In this document: positions 1 to 8,991 of the stretch, in pieces
How positions within the stretch are numbered: position 1 is the stretch's first letter
Layout: every line of letters begins with the position of its first letter
From: a phage
Length of the DNA: 64,000 nucleotides
Reading direction: 5' to 3' (one strand)
Sequence record: PZ452595.1
The notes under the pieces: model-generated
The model's input: only the letters and a program-made list of their open reading frames with translations
What the model was told of the DNA's origin: nothing
Databases searched by the model: none
Translations under genes and position numbers: made by a program

Positions 1-93
1 ACCGTAAGAAGCTAATTTAGCAGCCAGACTTTCCGGAGTCTCACGCGACAAAGCTTTATCTAACAGAGCTAAACGTTCTTTAAAAGTTTTCAT
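1..93 (-). CDS. hypothetical protein, N-terminal part only (gene runs off window start)
   Basis: ATG at 91-93 (minus) overlaps stop of 90..419 ORF (ATGA); open to window edge; begins MKTFKERLALLDKALS. Confidence 0.4.
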   Translation of the reverse strand, partial: MKTFKERLALLDKALSRETPESLAAKLASYG

Positions 94-419
94 TTAAACC
101 ATCCTTTAATACGTTGCCACAAAGTTTTCTGCTGAGCTTTGTTAACACCAATTGAGCGAATAACTGGTTGAGATTCCTGGAATTCTTTATAATCAGCAAG
201 ATAAATTTCGTAAGCTGCATCCGTAAATGAACTTATCGCTGCCATAAAATTATTGCGAATACCTACTGGAGCATCTTTACTTTCACGAATAATCATGTAT
301 TTACCAGTCTTAATCTTTACGATAGTTCCAAGATAAGCTCCATGATACCAGATGTCCCACCCCTCTTGAGTGGGTTCTGCGCAACGACGAAGTTCATTAA
401 CAATTTCTAACTTGTTCAT
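90..419 (-). CDS. hypothetical protein (109 aa) downstream of motA
   Basis: ORF track; tightly packed after motA on same strand. Confidence 0.55.
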   Translation of the reverse strand: MNKLEIVNELRRCAEPTQEGWDIWYHGAYLGTIVKIKTGKYMIIRESKDAPVGIRNNFMAAISSFTDAAYEIYLADYKEFQESQPVIRSIGVNKAQQKTLWQRIKGWFK

Positions 420-429
420 TATTTATTCC

Positions 430-1065
430 TCACAGTTCAGATGCTACAGTGATTACTGCTTCAATGTTTTCTGCCGAGCGTTTAATGTCAAGATACACAT
501 TACCGTTTTTAGCGATTTTACATGACATTCCAATATCAGTAAATTTCTGAATATGATGTTCCATCATTTTGTATCCAAAAATTCGCATATTTCCATTGTT
601 GTTAATTTCAAAATTACGAATTCCGTGAGTACGTTTTTCTAAAATAGCGAGATAGTTACTACGATAAGTTTCAACCTTTTTAAGAACAAATCCATTTTCA
701 TCTAAAAGTTTTAACATGAAGTCTTTATCTTCTTCCATATCGGAAGTAATTTCGCGAGCTTTACGAGTTGCTCGTTTTTTCAGCAGTTCCGGAGCATTTT
801 CTTGTGCGTATAAAGTTGCTGCATTTGAAATAATATCCTGAGCTTCGCCTGTAATGATTAATCCATCACCAGATTTCTCTACCAGGCCTTTTTTAATCAA
901 TACCCCAATATTACTATTAACTACTGCGTTACCTAAATCTGGATGCACTTCACGAACTTCTGCAGCTGTAATGAAATCTTTCTTAGCAATAGTAATTAAA
1001 ATCGCAGCAGTTTTTTCATTCAGAACATCGTTAGAAGCTTTGATGATGTAAGTTACTTTAGACAT
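430..1065 (-). CDS. motA: MotA, activator of middle transcription
   Basis: 211 aa; N-terminus MSKVTYIIKASNDVLNEK matches T4 MotA by recall; SD GGAG upstream. Confidence 0.9.
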   Translation of the reverse strand: MSKVTYIIKASNDVLNEKTAAILITIAKKDFITAAEVREVHPDLGNAVVNSNIGVLIKKGLVEKSGDGLIITGEAQDIISNAATLYAQENAPELLKKRATRKAREITSDMEEDKDFMLKLLDENGFVLKKVETYRSNYLAILEKRTHGIRNFEINNNGNMRIFGYKMMEHHIQKFTDIGMSCKIAKNGNVYLDIKRSAENIEAVITVASEL

Positions 1066-1106
1066 TTTCTAATCTCCGTAATTCTGTATCAGTAGTTGAT
1101 AGTTGT

Positions 1107-1136
1107 ATAGTACCACAGTATGCTTTGGTTGTAAAC
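1107..1136 (-). promoter_or_regulatory. T4-type early promoter upstream of motA
   Basis: Minus strand GTTTACA - 17 nt - TACTAT; conserved cassette. Confidence 0.6.
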
Positions 1137-1166
1137 CGTTTTGTGAAAAATTTTTGAAATAAAAAA

Positions 1167-1186
1167 GGGAGAGCCGAGGCTCTCCC
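1167..1186 (-). terminator. GC-rich hairpin after small gene downstream of 52 (terminator/RNA-stabilising)
   Basis: gggagagccgaggctctccc inverted repeat. Confidence 0.5.
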
Positions 1187-1191
1187 TAAAA

Positions 1192-1341
1192 TTACTGCTC
1201 GAACGCGATAACTATCGTGATAACACGTTGAATTCCGAACGCAAGAAGACCTCCTGCTACGGCTGGAACAACGCCTAAACCCGCCAGTAAAATGCTACCG
1301 GATACTAATGCAGCGCTTGTAATACCAATGAATGGACTCAT
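1192..1341 (-). CDS. small hydrophobic protein (~49 aa)
   Basis: Hand-translated; ATG overlaps gene 52 stop (ATGA); not in ORF track (<60 aa). Confidence 0.4.
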   Translation of the reverse strand: MSPFIGITSAALVSGSILLAGLGVVPAVAGGLLAFGIQRVITIVIAFEQ

Positions 1342-2666
1342 TTGATTTCCTCTAAATCTTTAGTGTATTCAGTAACTACATCAGTAGTTTTCCAATATTC
1401 ATTTTCTTCTTTTTTAGCTTTAGCTTCTTCAGCAAGTTTCTTTGCTTCATCGGAAGTCATATGAAAAATATTCATTCCAACTAGTTTATCAACATAAGAA
1501 GAATACATATCGATTTTCGAAAGTTCTTCGGTCAGTTCTTTACGAGTTTTACCCTGCACAACAATTTCACCTGAAATTACTTTCTTAATGAAATGTGCCT
1601 TGGCAAAGGCTAAACGAAAAGCTGACTCAGTTTCTTTAATTTTGTTATCAATTCGTTTTTGGACATAAGTTTTACGAACTTCAACGAAGTCTTTAATTAA
1701 ATCAACCACGTTATCGTAAACTTGTAGTTTTCCTTTCTCATTAATAACCGTAATATTCTGAGAACGACGCTCAATCAACCCGAAGTCTTTCATAATTTTT
1801 GCATGGCGTTCTTCTTCGTTATCGCTCAAAGAGTATTCTTTGCGGAATTTAACTTTGAAGCCAAAACCATGCTCACCACAAGCATCATCCCATGTAATGA
1901 AGCCTTTATCTTCAAGTGGGTCTAAGATTTTACTCACGTAAGTTTCACGATCATACTTATACGGAATCTCAGTGATATGCATTTGAGTTCGTGAAGTAAA
2001 CTTATATGTTCCACGAATTTCATATTGCCCATCAATTTCAACGACTTCACCACGAAATTCTGGGAATTCTACCTTCGGTTTAGTTACTTTCTTTCCTTGA
2101 AGAGCTTGTAGTACAGCTTTCTTGACAGAAGAAACACTATGAGGAAGAATGTAAGTTGCATAACCAGTTGCAATACCGGAAACGCCATTAAGAAGAACAG
2201 TAGGAATAATAGGCAAATAGAAAGCAGGCGGAATGTGTTCTTTATCTTGATGTACTGGAGCATATTCAGTATCTTTATATACGTTATAGAAATTTTTACT
2301 TACACGAGCAAAAATATAACGACTTGCCGCTGCCTTTTGGACAGTACGAGAACCGAAGTTTCCTTGACCATCTAACAGAGGAAAGTTATTATTCCAAGTG
2401 TTAGCCATCAAAGCTCCCGCATCTTGCGCAGAGTTTTCGCCATGGTGATATCCAAGGTCCGCTACACCACCTGCAATAGAAGCGAGTTTGTGAAACTTAT
2501 CTTTATTTCCTCGTGCCAAATCAAGAGCTCGAGCAATAACAAATCGTTGAACTGGCTTAAATCCATCAATCATATTTGGAATGGCACGATTTTCAACCGT
2601 GTACATAGCATAAGCCAATGCTTCATTATCAATGATACTTTTTAAATCGCGATTATTCAGTTGCAT
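1338..2666 (-). CDS. 52: DNA topoisomerase II medium subunit gp52 (GyrA-like)
   Basis: 442 aa as in T4 gp52; position between motA and ndd. Confidence 0.9.
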   Translation of the reverse strand: MQLNNRDLKSIIDNEALAYAMYTVENRAIPNMIDGFKPVQRFVIARALDLARGNKDKFHKLASIAGGVADLGYHHGENSAQDAGALMANTWNNNFPLLDGQGNFGSRTVQKAAASRYIFARVSKNFYNVYKDTEYAPVHQDKEHIPPAFYLPIIPTVLLNGVSGIATGYATYILPHSVSSVKKAVLQALQGKKVTKPKVEFPEFRGEVVEIDGQYEIRGTYKFTSRTQMHITEIPYKYDRETYVSKILDPLEDKGFITWDDACGEHGFGFKVKFRKEYSLSDNEEERHAKIMKDFGLIERRSQNITVINEKGKLQVYDNVVDLIKDFVEVRKTYVQKRIDNKIKETESAFRLAFAKAHFIKKVISGEIVVQGKTRKELTEELSKIDMYSSYVDKLVGMNIFHMTSDEAKKLAEEAKAKKEENEYWKTTDVVTEYTKDLEEIK

Positions 2667-2670
2667 AAAT

Positions 2671-2811
2671 TTACCATACTAGTGAATGTAGTGCCATAAT
2701 AACATCAGAAATGAAAAGCACGACTTGAATTAATCCGAACATTACTCCATAATATAGTGCTACCAATAAAGTAGCAAGGGCTAATGAATAGCCCAAGATT
2801 TTCTTAATCAT
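2671..2811 (-). CDS. small membrane peptide (~46 aa)
   Basis: Hand-translated MIKKILGYSLALATLLVALYYG...; ends 4 nt before gene 52 start. Confidence 0.4.
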   Translation of the reverse strand: MIKKILGYSLALATLLVALYYGVMFGLIQVVLFISDVIMALHSLVW

Positions 2812-2971
2812 TAGTAGATAACAACACAAATGTTAAATATGCACACATACCCTGGGCTAAAGCTTGTGAAAACACACTGCTAGCATCGATCAGATAGTTA
2901 AAACACATGCTACTATCCAACAAATAAATGAAATAACTCCTAATAATTTTGCGATATTCATAATATTCTCC

Positions 2972-3127
2972 TCAACTATTTTTAGAACCAATGTACGCGA
3001 ATAATGATAAAATCGCTAATACGCCCTGAGCTGATGCTTGTAAAAATACTGAAGTTTCTCCAGTTATTACTGTTCCGATGCATAAAAAGAACCAACAGAA
3101 AAAGGCTATACCGTGAACAAATTTCAT
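2972..3127 (-). CDS. small membrane protein (~51 aa), possibly ac (acridine sensitivity)
   Basis: Hand-translated MKFVHGIAFFCWFFLCIGTV...; size and position fit T4 ac by recall. Confidence 0.4.
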   Translation of the reverse strand: MKFVHGIAFFCWFFLCIGTVITGETSVFLQASAQGVLAILSLFAYIGSKNS

Positions 3128-3139
3128 ATTTTCCTCACT

Positions 3140-3155
3140 GGCGTCCGAAGACGCC
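3140..3155 (-). terminator. UUCG-tetraloop hairpin
   Basis: ggcgtccgaagacgcc; minus-strand loop UUCG. Confidence 0.5.
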
Positions 3156-3214
3156 TTTGGTTTTAAGATTGTTACGATAGAACTGCATCACATGTTCGTT
3201 ATGGAAATTACTCA

Positions 3215-3658
3215 TTAATATGCCTGCAAAACAAATTTAAAGTTATCAGCCAACATACGGTTCATTTCTTCAAGTGTTTGATACTCAGAATGATGATTAC
3301 GAGTAAACGCCAAAGCTAACTGACCTTTTCCAAATCCCGTCGTCAGAGGTTTCATCTTAGAAGCAGGCAGATAAAACACTGCGTATACCATATTGTTATT
3401 TGCAATAGTACGCGCAAGTTGAGACCGGCGTTGACGAATATGACTTAGAACTGCACTGAATCCTTGCTTAGAACGCTGATTACCTACATAAAATCGTGCA
3501 GATACGCATGAACCATCGAATTCACTTACTAAAAAGTAAAATCCAGGTTTAGACAAAATGTCTTTATGCGGAGTTCCCAAAAACCATTCACCACCCTTGA
3601 TTGTACCAATAACAGTAGCGCCTGCATCATTCAGATCAGTAACAGTCATATATTTCAT
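3215..3658 (-). CDS. ndd: Ndd, host nucleoid disruption protein
   Basis: C-terminal 147 aa (from [10 protein letters not shown]) match T4 Ndd by recall; SD GAGGAAA before ATG at 3658; track ORF extends to 3706. Confidence 0.8.
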
Positions 3659-3718
3659 ATTAATTTCCTCTAAATTATTTTCTACTCCAAGGCCGCATGA
3701 ATACACACGGCCATTAAA

Positions 3719-3934
3719 TTAATCGTCGCAGTCGACGCTCAATTCCCAAAACTCTTCTACAGTATAAGTTTCAGTATCATTTTCAATACAGAAACGTTCA
3801 TTACTATTATTTTCTAAAGTAGCGTTAACTGTCATTTTCTCGCTAGTGCTCTTAAGAGGTGAAATACGAATTAACTGATCACCGTTATCTAAACAAAAAA
3901 TTTCACCAACTTTTACATCTTTAAAGATTTTCAT
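3719..3934 (-). CDS. hypothetical protein (71 aa)
   Basis: ORF track; SD-like GAGG upstream. Confidence 0.55.
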   Translation of the reverse strand: MKIFKDVKVGEIFCLDNGDQLIRISPLKSTSEKMTVNATLENNSNERFCIENDTETYTVEEFWELSVDCDD

Positions 3935-4049
3935 AATTCACCTCAGGGAGTATAAAATCCAAACGCAGTTGTTGACCATCCCATCCAATACGGAAAATTT
4001 GCACCAATGTAAAACATAAGAATATAAAACCAACCGCTCAGCAAATTCA

Positions 4050-4268
4050 TCATTTTACACCGTTCCAAATTGTTTCAACCACAGATTTTAAACCATTTTG
4101 ATGAATATCAATTCCGACTACTGTCATCAAATAGATTCCAACTACAACTGAACCTAAGGCAAAAATCAGCATGAAAATGAATAAAGCCGGAAAAATATTA
4201 TCGAAAAACCATTCAATAAATGTAAAAGCACTGCGTTTACGCTTCATATTTTCCTCACATAAATCCAA
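4050..4268 (-). CDS. small membrane protein (72 aa)
   Basis: ORF track; long hydrophobic segment FPALFIFMLIFALGSVVVGIYLMTVVGI. Confidence 0.55.
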   Translation of the reverse strand: MDLCEENMKRKRSAFTFIEWFFDNIFPALFIFMLIFALGSVVVGIYLMTVVGIDIHQNGLKSVVETIWNGVK

Positions 4269-4368
4269 AGTAAACGTTTAATACATCAATCATTAAAACG
4301 ATTGGGAATATACTCAAAACTATTAGTATTATAACTACATTCCATATAGCTTTAACAATCTTTTTCAT
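4255..4368 (-). CDS. small membrane peptide (~37 aa)
   Basis: Internal ATG after conserved GGAGGAAC SD; track ORF (to 4464) is a read-through of the promoter cassette. Confidence 0.4.
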   Translation of the reverse strand: MKKIVKAIWNVVIILIVLSIFPIVLMIDVLNVYFGFM

Positions 4369-4396
4369 TTTCTGTTCCTCCGTAGTTGATAGGGTA

Positions 4397-4426
4397 ATAG
4401 TACCACGGAAGAACAGTCTTGTAAAC
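4397..4426 (-). promoter_or_regulatory. T4-type early promoter
   Basis: GTTTACA - 17 nt - TACTAT followed by conserved 5' UTR and GGAGGAAC SD. Confidence 0.55.
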
Positions 4427-4432
4427 AACTTT

Positions 4433-4531
4433 TTAAAAATATTCGTAATAAATGTGAATACCAACTACTACCGCTGAAACTTGCACAACCCACCACGCAC
4501 AAGCAATAAGTACAGAATTCAAAATTTTCAT
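4433..4531 (-). CDS. small hydrophobic peptide (~32 aa)
   Basis: Hand-translated MKILNSVLIACAWWVVQVSAVVVG...; ATGA coupling to upstream peptide ORF. Confidence 0.35.
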   Translation of the reverse strand: MKILNSVLIACAWWVVQVSAVVVGIHIYYEYF

Positions 4532-4614
4532 AATAACCTCATTACAAAAGTAAATGTTAAACAAATTACTGGAATACTAATTAACCAAACAAAACACCAC
4601 CACAGTGAACTCAT
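4528..4614 (-). CDS. small hydrophobic peptide (~28 aa)
   Basis: Hand-translated MSSLWWCFVWLISIPVICLTFTFVMRLL; coupled to 8-codon leader ORF starting ~4637. Confidence 0.3.
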   Translation of the reverse strand: MSSLWWCFVWLISIPVICLTFTFVMRLL

Positions 4615-4684
4615 AGTTCAATCTCAGCGATTTTCATTTTATTCTCCAAATCCGTATCAGTAGTTGTCAGTAGTTGATAGTTGT

Positions 4685-4714
4685 ATAGTACCACGGTCCT
4701 TGTGGTATGTAAAC
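4685..4714 (-). promoter_or_regulatory. T4-type early promoter
   Basis: GTTTACA - 17 nt - TACTAT just downstream of denB. Confidence 0.55.
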
Positions 4715-4729
4715 CATTTTGTGAAATTT

Positions 4730-5287
4730 TTAAATGGAAAGATACCATCCGTTGTAGTTGCTTTTTCTTACAACCTTACGAAGGTCTTCTCTATCACCGA
4801 TGAACTTCGGAGTGTACTGGATGACACCTGGATGAATTTCTTTAGTGTTGAATATAATTATACAGTCAGCGACTTGATGATTTAGAATGGGCCCTAGATT
4901 TATTCCAGAACCGTATGGATACTCTCCGCTGCATCCTGTTGTTACAGAAATCCAACGTGAGTCAGTTTGATGTGTCTTAACTTCTACACGAAGCCCGCAG
5001 TATTTTGGATGCGCCAATACATCCCATGCATATGTGTACGGATCATCGACATCTTCTTGGCCTTTATTGACATATCCGCTTAGCCAATCTGCCACAAAAA
5101 ACTCTGCGTACACAGCGATACGGCATCTTTCGATAACTTCTGCCTTATCCTGATTTGGGTTCTGTTTTAAAGAGTATCTTGCAGTATCAGCAATTTTGAC
5201 CTTCATTTCACTAGTCAAGTCACTGTTCGATAGGGTAAATGTCGGAATCTGAAACAGTCTCTGTAAACCCGGATTCGTTTTCTGCAT
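4730..5287 (-). CDS. denB: DenB, endonuclease IV
   Basis: 185 aa as T4 DenB; position next to rIIB. Confidence 0.8.
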   Translation of the reverse strand: MQKTNPGLQRLFQIPTFTLSNSDLTSEMKVKIADTARYSLKQNPNQDKAEVIERCRIAVYAEFFVADWLSGYVNKGQEDVDDPYTYAWDVLAHPKYCGLRVEVKTHQTDSRWISVTTGCSGEYPYGSGINLGPILNHQVADCIIIFNTKEIHPGVIQYTPKFIGDREDLRKVVRKSNYNGWYLSI

Positions 5288-5352
5288 TTAAACTTTCCTT
5301 TTATGTCGGAATCACCGATATTCATATAAATCATAATTTCTCTTAAAACAAA

Positions 5353-5367
5353 AGGGCCGAAGCCCCT
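5353..5367 (-). terminator. UUCG-tetraloop hairpin
   Basis: gggccgaagcccc after 5372..5566 ORF. Confidence 0.5.
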
Positions 5368-5371
5368 TATT

Positions 5372-5566
5372 TTACTTGAATTGTGCAATTCTTTTCTCTA
5401 GACATTCAGCATAAGATTTCATTGAGATAAACTGCGAAAGTAACAGTTCTTGCTCAACTGCATTAACTGTTAGAAACTTTGCGCTTTCTAAAAATTTGCT
5501 CAGTGCATTAATTTTGAGCATTAATTGATCGTATTCTTCTTTTACTCGTGCTTGATAACCTAACAT
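5372..5566 (-). CDS. hypothetical protein (64 aa)
   Basis: ORF track; followed by UUCG hairpin. Confidence 0.55.
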   Translation of the reverse strand: MLGYQARVKEEYDQLMLKINALSKFLESAKFLTVNAVEQELLLSQFISMKSYAECLEKRIAQFK

Positions 5567-5580
5567 AATTTTCCTTAGTT

Positions 5581-5596
5581 AAGGGCCGAAGCCCTT
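5581..5596 (-). terminator. UUCG-tetraloop hairpin after rIIB
   Basis: aagggccgaagccctt overlapping rIIB stop. Confidence 0.55.
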
Positions 5597-6533
5597 ATTT
5601 AAATTGTTCAGTAACGTCTTCAACTACTTCGTATTGGCAGGTACGCATTTTAGCATCGTTGTAATCAATCGGAATTGATACTACATCGCGAGGATGAACT
5701 TTAACTTTTACAACTCGGCTGGTTGAACTGCCAAAGTGACGAATATAAGATTTAGAACACACATGCAGACCACGAGAACAAGTTTGTGTATCATCGTCAT
5801 TCACACGAGTACGTGGCATTTTAACTACTTTACCCGGACTGTTATCAAAGGTATTTGAGTGACAGTCAAAGTAATTGCTACGAACTACTTTCCAAGCATA
5901 GAAGTAACCATCTTCTGTAATTTCAATATCGTTTGCTACCAAGAAATCAAAGAGTCGAGATACCGCTTTTTGGCTTGGGTTTTCCAGCAGATTTTCCAAG
6001 AACGGAAAATAAAATTCAAAGTTTTCGCCTTTTTCCATCGAGTCAAGAATACGATCAACCAAACCAGACCGCAATTCAATATTTTGATAGAACAAGCTTC
6101 CACCTTCAATTCGAACATCGCCGGAAATATATTTTTCAACAGCGCGACGAACATTAATTTTTTGTGCCGCTTCTTCCAACTTATCCGCTACAAGCAGATT
6201 AAGAATTTCCTGGAAGTTTGAATGAGTATTAGGAGTTGCATTATAAGTTACACCGTCAACAGTAATTGAAATGAATTTTTTAGATGCATTCCAAATAATG
6301 TCAGATTTAGCAACTGGAGCAATAACTGCATCGCTATTAACTTTAACTGTAATATCACCGCTAATAGTAACTTTAGGGCGTTTAGCTTCTTCAGCATTTT
6401 TCAAAACACGACGGATTGTGTCAACCGATACACCTTGCCAATCAGCCAATTCCTGTTGGGTGTAATTACCACTTGAATACAGTTTAACAATTTCAGCTTG
6501 TTCGTTTTTGGTCAGGCATTTAATATTGTACAT
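5595..6533 (-). CDS. rIIB: RIIB, rapid-lysis/membrane integrity protein
   Basis: 312 aa as T4 rIIB; adjacent to rIIA. Confidence 0.9.
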   Translation of the reverse strand: MYNIKCLTKNEQAEIVKLYSSGNYTQQELADWQGVSVDTIRRVLKNAEEAKRPKVTISGDITVKVNSDAVIAPVAKSDIIWNASKKFISITVDGVTYNATPNTHSNFQEILNLLVADKLEEAAQKINVRRAVEKYISGDVRIEGGSLFYQNIELRSGLVDRILDSMEKGENFEFYFPFLENLLENPSQKAVSRLFDFLVANDIEITEDGYFYAWKVVRSNYFDCHSNTFDNSPGKVVKMPRTRVNDDDTQTCSRGLHVCSKSYIRHFGSSTSRVVKVKVHPRDVVSIPIDYNDAKMRTCQYEVVEDVTEQFK

Positions 6534-6544
6534 AATTTTCCTTA

Positions 6545-8722
6545 TTAGGCCGCAAGGGCCTTCATAGTTTTAGCGATTTGGGAAACTTCATCATCACTTA
6601 AAGAGTTGCGATAACTGATGAAGTCGGAAACAATACGGAATTTCTTGGTAAACTCAGCAACCATTTTATCACTGTTTTTTGAAGCATTATTTGATAATAC
6701 ATCAAAAAGATTAGTTACTGTCCAGATGTCATGACCGATGGTATCTTTTCCACCATTAAAATATACACCCTGTAATGAACTAACCATATTAGCGAGTCGT
6801 GTATATTCTTCAGAAACTTCATCTACACTGAAGTACTTCATCATAAAATCTAACTCAGGATACTTGATAATTTTATCAATATATCGTTTAGCTGAACTTG
6901 AATAACCTACATACTTATCATAATCTACATCATCAAAAGCATCTACATATAAATCACGCAAAGCTTCAAAAATACATTGGCACTGACCGAGTTCTTTTAC
7001 CTTTTTCTGTAAAAGCGGACGAATAACATAAAATTCATTAATGCCAATAAGATTAGCCATACGAATCAAAATATTCATAGATGGATGACAAAGAGATGTA
7101 GTACCATCCATAGAGAAAATATCAGAACGATGCATATACGCTACATAACCAGTAATTTCATCTGCTTCTGACGTAAGTGTAAATAGTTCCTCTTTTTCCC
7201 AGCGCCCGTCTTTAATTTCAAACTTAAATGCTGTAGCAGCTTTAGGACGAGGAGCTTTACTTTTAACTACCTTTGGAATATAGCTTTTAACTAAAGCTTC
7301 AATTTCTGACAAATAATGAATGTTAACTTCATCACTTTCAAACATCGCCATAATATCAGGAAGTAAATCAATCTGCGATTCTACTTCTGGGTTAATAAAC
7401 AGAAGGCGTTCGTTATGATGAATATTTAAAGTGTTATTAAATTCACTATCATCTAACGCATGTGCTAATCCACGGACAATATTAACACGATTTTTAATAT
7501 CATCAATAACGATATTAATTTTTGTTGTATTAATACCAAACAGACGATAGCTTGATGCAACGGCTGAAGTTTCATGGCTTTGCTTAATACGTTTCAGCCG
7601 AGGGTCAAGATTTACTTCATACACAACTCCTGCATTGCATAACTTACTATCAGGTTCAAACATGCTCTGCATCTTTTTATATGACAGATTTTTAGTCGTG
7701 AATTTGACTGAATTACTAATCATATAATCTCGAGCAGAATACCCCATCTTCATCAATTCACGATATGTATGACGAGGAGATGTAGATTCTTTAAATCGTT
7801 TTACATCTTCATTAAATGCTTTCTCACTGAGTTCTTTAACTCGTTCAATAATATTTTTACGAGTACGATCATCCAGTGAAAGAGCCTCGCGAGATGGAGC
7901 AATATCAAGTGAACCCATTGGAAACTTAATGTAATTCACTTCATTGCGAATGCTTAGCCAGTTACGGTCTCTAATAACACCATCGATAGGATAAACAATA
8001 CCGCCGTAGATAGCATACAATCCACCACGATCAGGCCAGTATCTTTCTGGATTTACGCCGTAATAATCATCGAAATCCGGAAAATAATCAATTTCGCGGT
8101 CAAGACCATTAATGATAGCCAAATCTTTGAACGGTCGCATGATATAAGAAACTTCATAAGCAAAGTTTCTAAAGTCTTTTTCTTCAACTGGAACTACGAT
8201 TTCAATACCAGTTTTATCATCTGGACCCATTTCTTTTACGAATGTAGGTTTAATCTGTGGACCATCACCATCCATGTAAGCTACATAACCACGAATTTCA
8301 CCTTTATGATAAGAAGTAATACTAAACGTATCAGTATAACTAAACGGAGATTTAGAACCTAAACCAAATCCGCCAATAAAGTCATTAGATTCAGCTTTAG
8401 ATGAACTGAAGTATGAATTATACAACCCAGGAGAATTATCATCACCTTGAATATCAAAATCACTCATACCCGGACCAAAATCTCGACAAACAAATCGTGG
8501 GTCTAAACGTCCAGGAACTTGTATGATAAATTTCTCTGGATTTCCATTAAGTGCATGAGCATCAATCATGTTAGTAATCAATTCACGGACTACTGCGCGA
8601 ATCTTGTTTGTATATAAATCAGATGACAGAATTTTAAATACTTTAGGAGATGCTGTGATGCTAAATGCTTTTGATTTAGAACCATTGCCAAGAATTGTTT
8701 CTTTTTCAGTGGTGATAATCAT
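6545..8722 (-). CDS. rIIA: RIIA, rapid-lysis protein
   Basis: 725 aa as T4 rIIA; position. Confidence 0.9.
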   Translation of the reverse strand: MIITTEKETILGNGSKSKAFSITASPKVFKILSSDLYTNKIRAVVRELITNMIDAHALNGNPEKFIIQVPGRLDPRFVCRDFGPGMSDFDIQGDDNSPGLYNSYFSSSKAESNDFIGGFGLGSKSPFSYTDTFSITSYHKGEIRGYVAYMDGDGPQIKPTFVKEMGPDDKTGIEIVVPVEEKDFRNFAYEVSYIMRPFKDLAIINGLDREIDYFPDFDDYYGVNPERYWPDRGGLYAIYGGIVYPIDGVIRDRNWLSIRNEVNYIKFPMGSLDIAPSREALSLDDRTRKNIIERVKELSEKAFNEDVKRFKESTSPRHTYRELMKMGYSARDYMISNSVKFTTKNLSYKKMQSMFEPDSKLCNAGVVYEVNLDPRLKRIKQSHETSAVASSYRLFGINTTKINIVIDDIKNRVNIVRGLAHALDDSEFNNTLNIHHNERLLFINPEVESQIDLLPDIMAMFESDEVNIHYLSEIEALVKSYIPKVVKSKAPRPKAATAFKFEIKDGRWEKEELFTLTSEADEITGYVAYMHRSDIFSMDGTTSLCHPSMNILIRMANLIGINEFYVIRPLLQKKVKELGQCQCIFEALRDLYVDAFDDVDYDKYVGYSSSAKRYIDKIIKYPELDFMMKYFSVDEVSEEYTRLANMVSSLQGVYFNGGKDTIGHDIWTVTNLFDVLSNNASKNSDKMVAEFTKKFRIVSDFISYRNSLSDDEVSQIAKTMKALAA

Positions 8723-8732
8723 AATTTCCTCA

Positions 8733-8936
8733 TTAATTCATATTACGCTTAATAACTTCAGCAACTTCTAGTAGTTCATCTTTAGTTGCGGTGTCGGATT
8801 GAATTTTATCTCTAATATCTTTAAAGCGGTTTTTAAATTCTTCGGCTTCTCCCATATCGAAAAAGCGTTGAATGATTCTATATTCTCGATGAACTGCTTT
8901 ATCAAAAAGTTCTAAATTTACTTTATATGATTTCAT
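8733..8936 (-). CDS. hypothetical protein (67 aa), rIIA.1-like position
   Basis: ORF track; SD GAGGA; early promoter just upstream. Confidence 0.6.
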   Translation of the reverse strand: MKSYKVNLELFDKAVHREYRIIQRFFDMGEAEEFKNRFKDIRDKIQSDTATKDELLEVAEVIKRNMN

Positions 8937-8961
8937 TTCAATATCCTCATTTGCCCAATTA

Positions 8962-8991
8962 ATTATACCACATCCTTGTGGTAAAGTAAAC
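8962..8991 (-). promoter_or_regulatory. T4-type early promoter upstream of rIIA.1/rIIA
   Basis: GTTTACT - 17 nt - TATAAT; 32-nt identity with promoter at 53189. Confidence 0.65.

Noticed and set aside
854-1051. Plus-strand ORFs in the track (e.g. 854..1051, 2139..2375, 5859..6221, 9513..9722, 16532..16756, 25752..25982, 36336..36752, 38748..39131, 47898..48113 and others)
   Set aside because: They lie antisense inside well-supported minus-strand genes, lack RBS, and have low-complexity translations typical of the reverse frame of AT-rich coding DNA. The only plus-strand ORF kept is 22664..22864.
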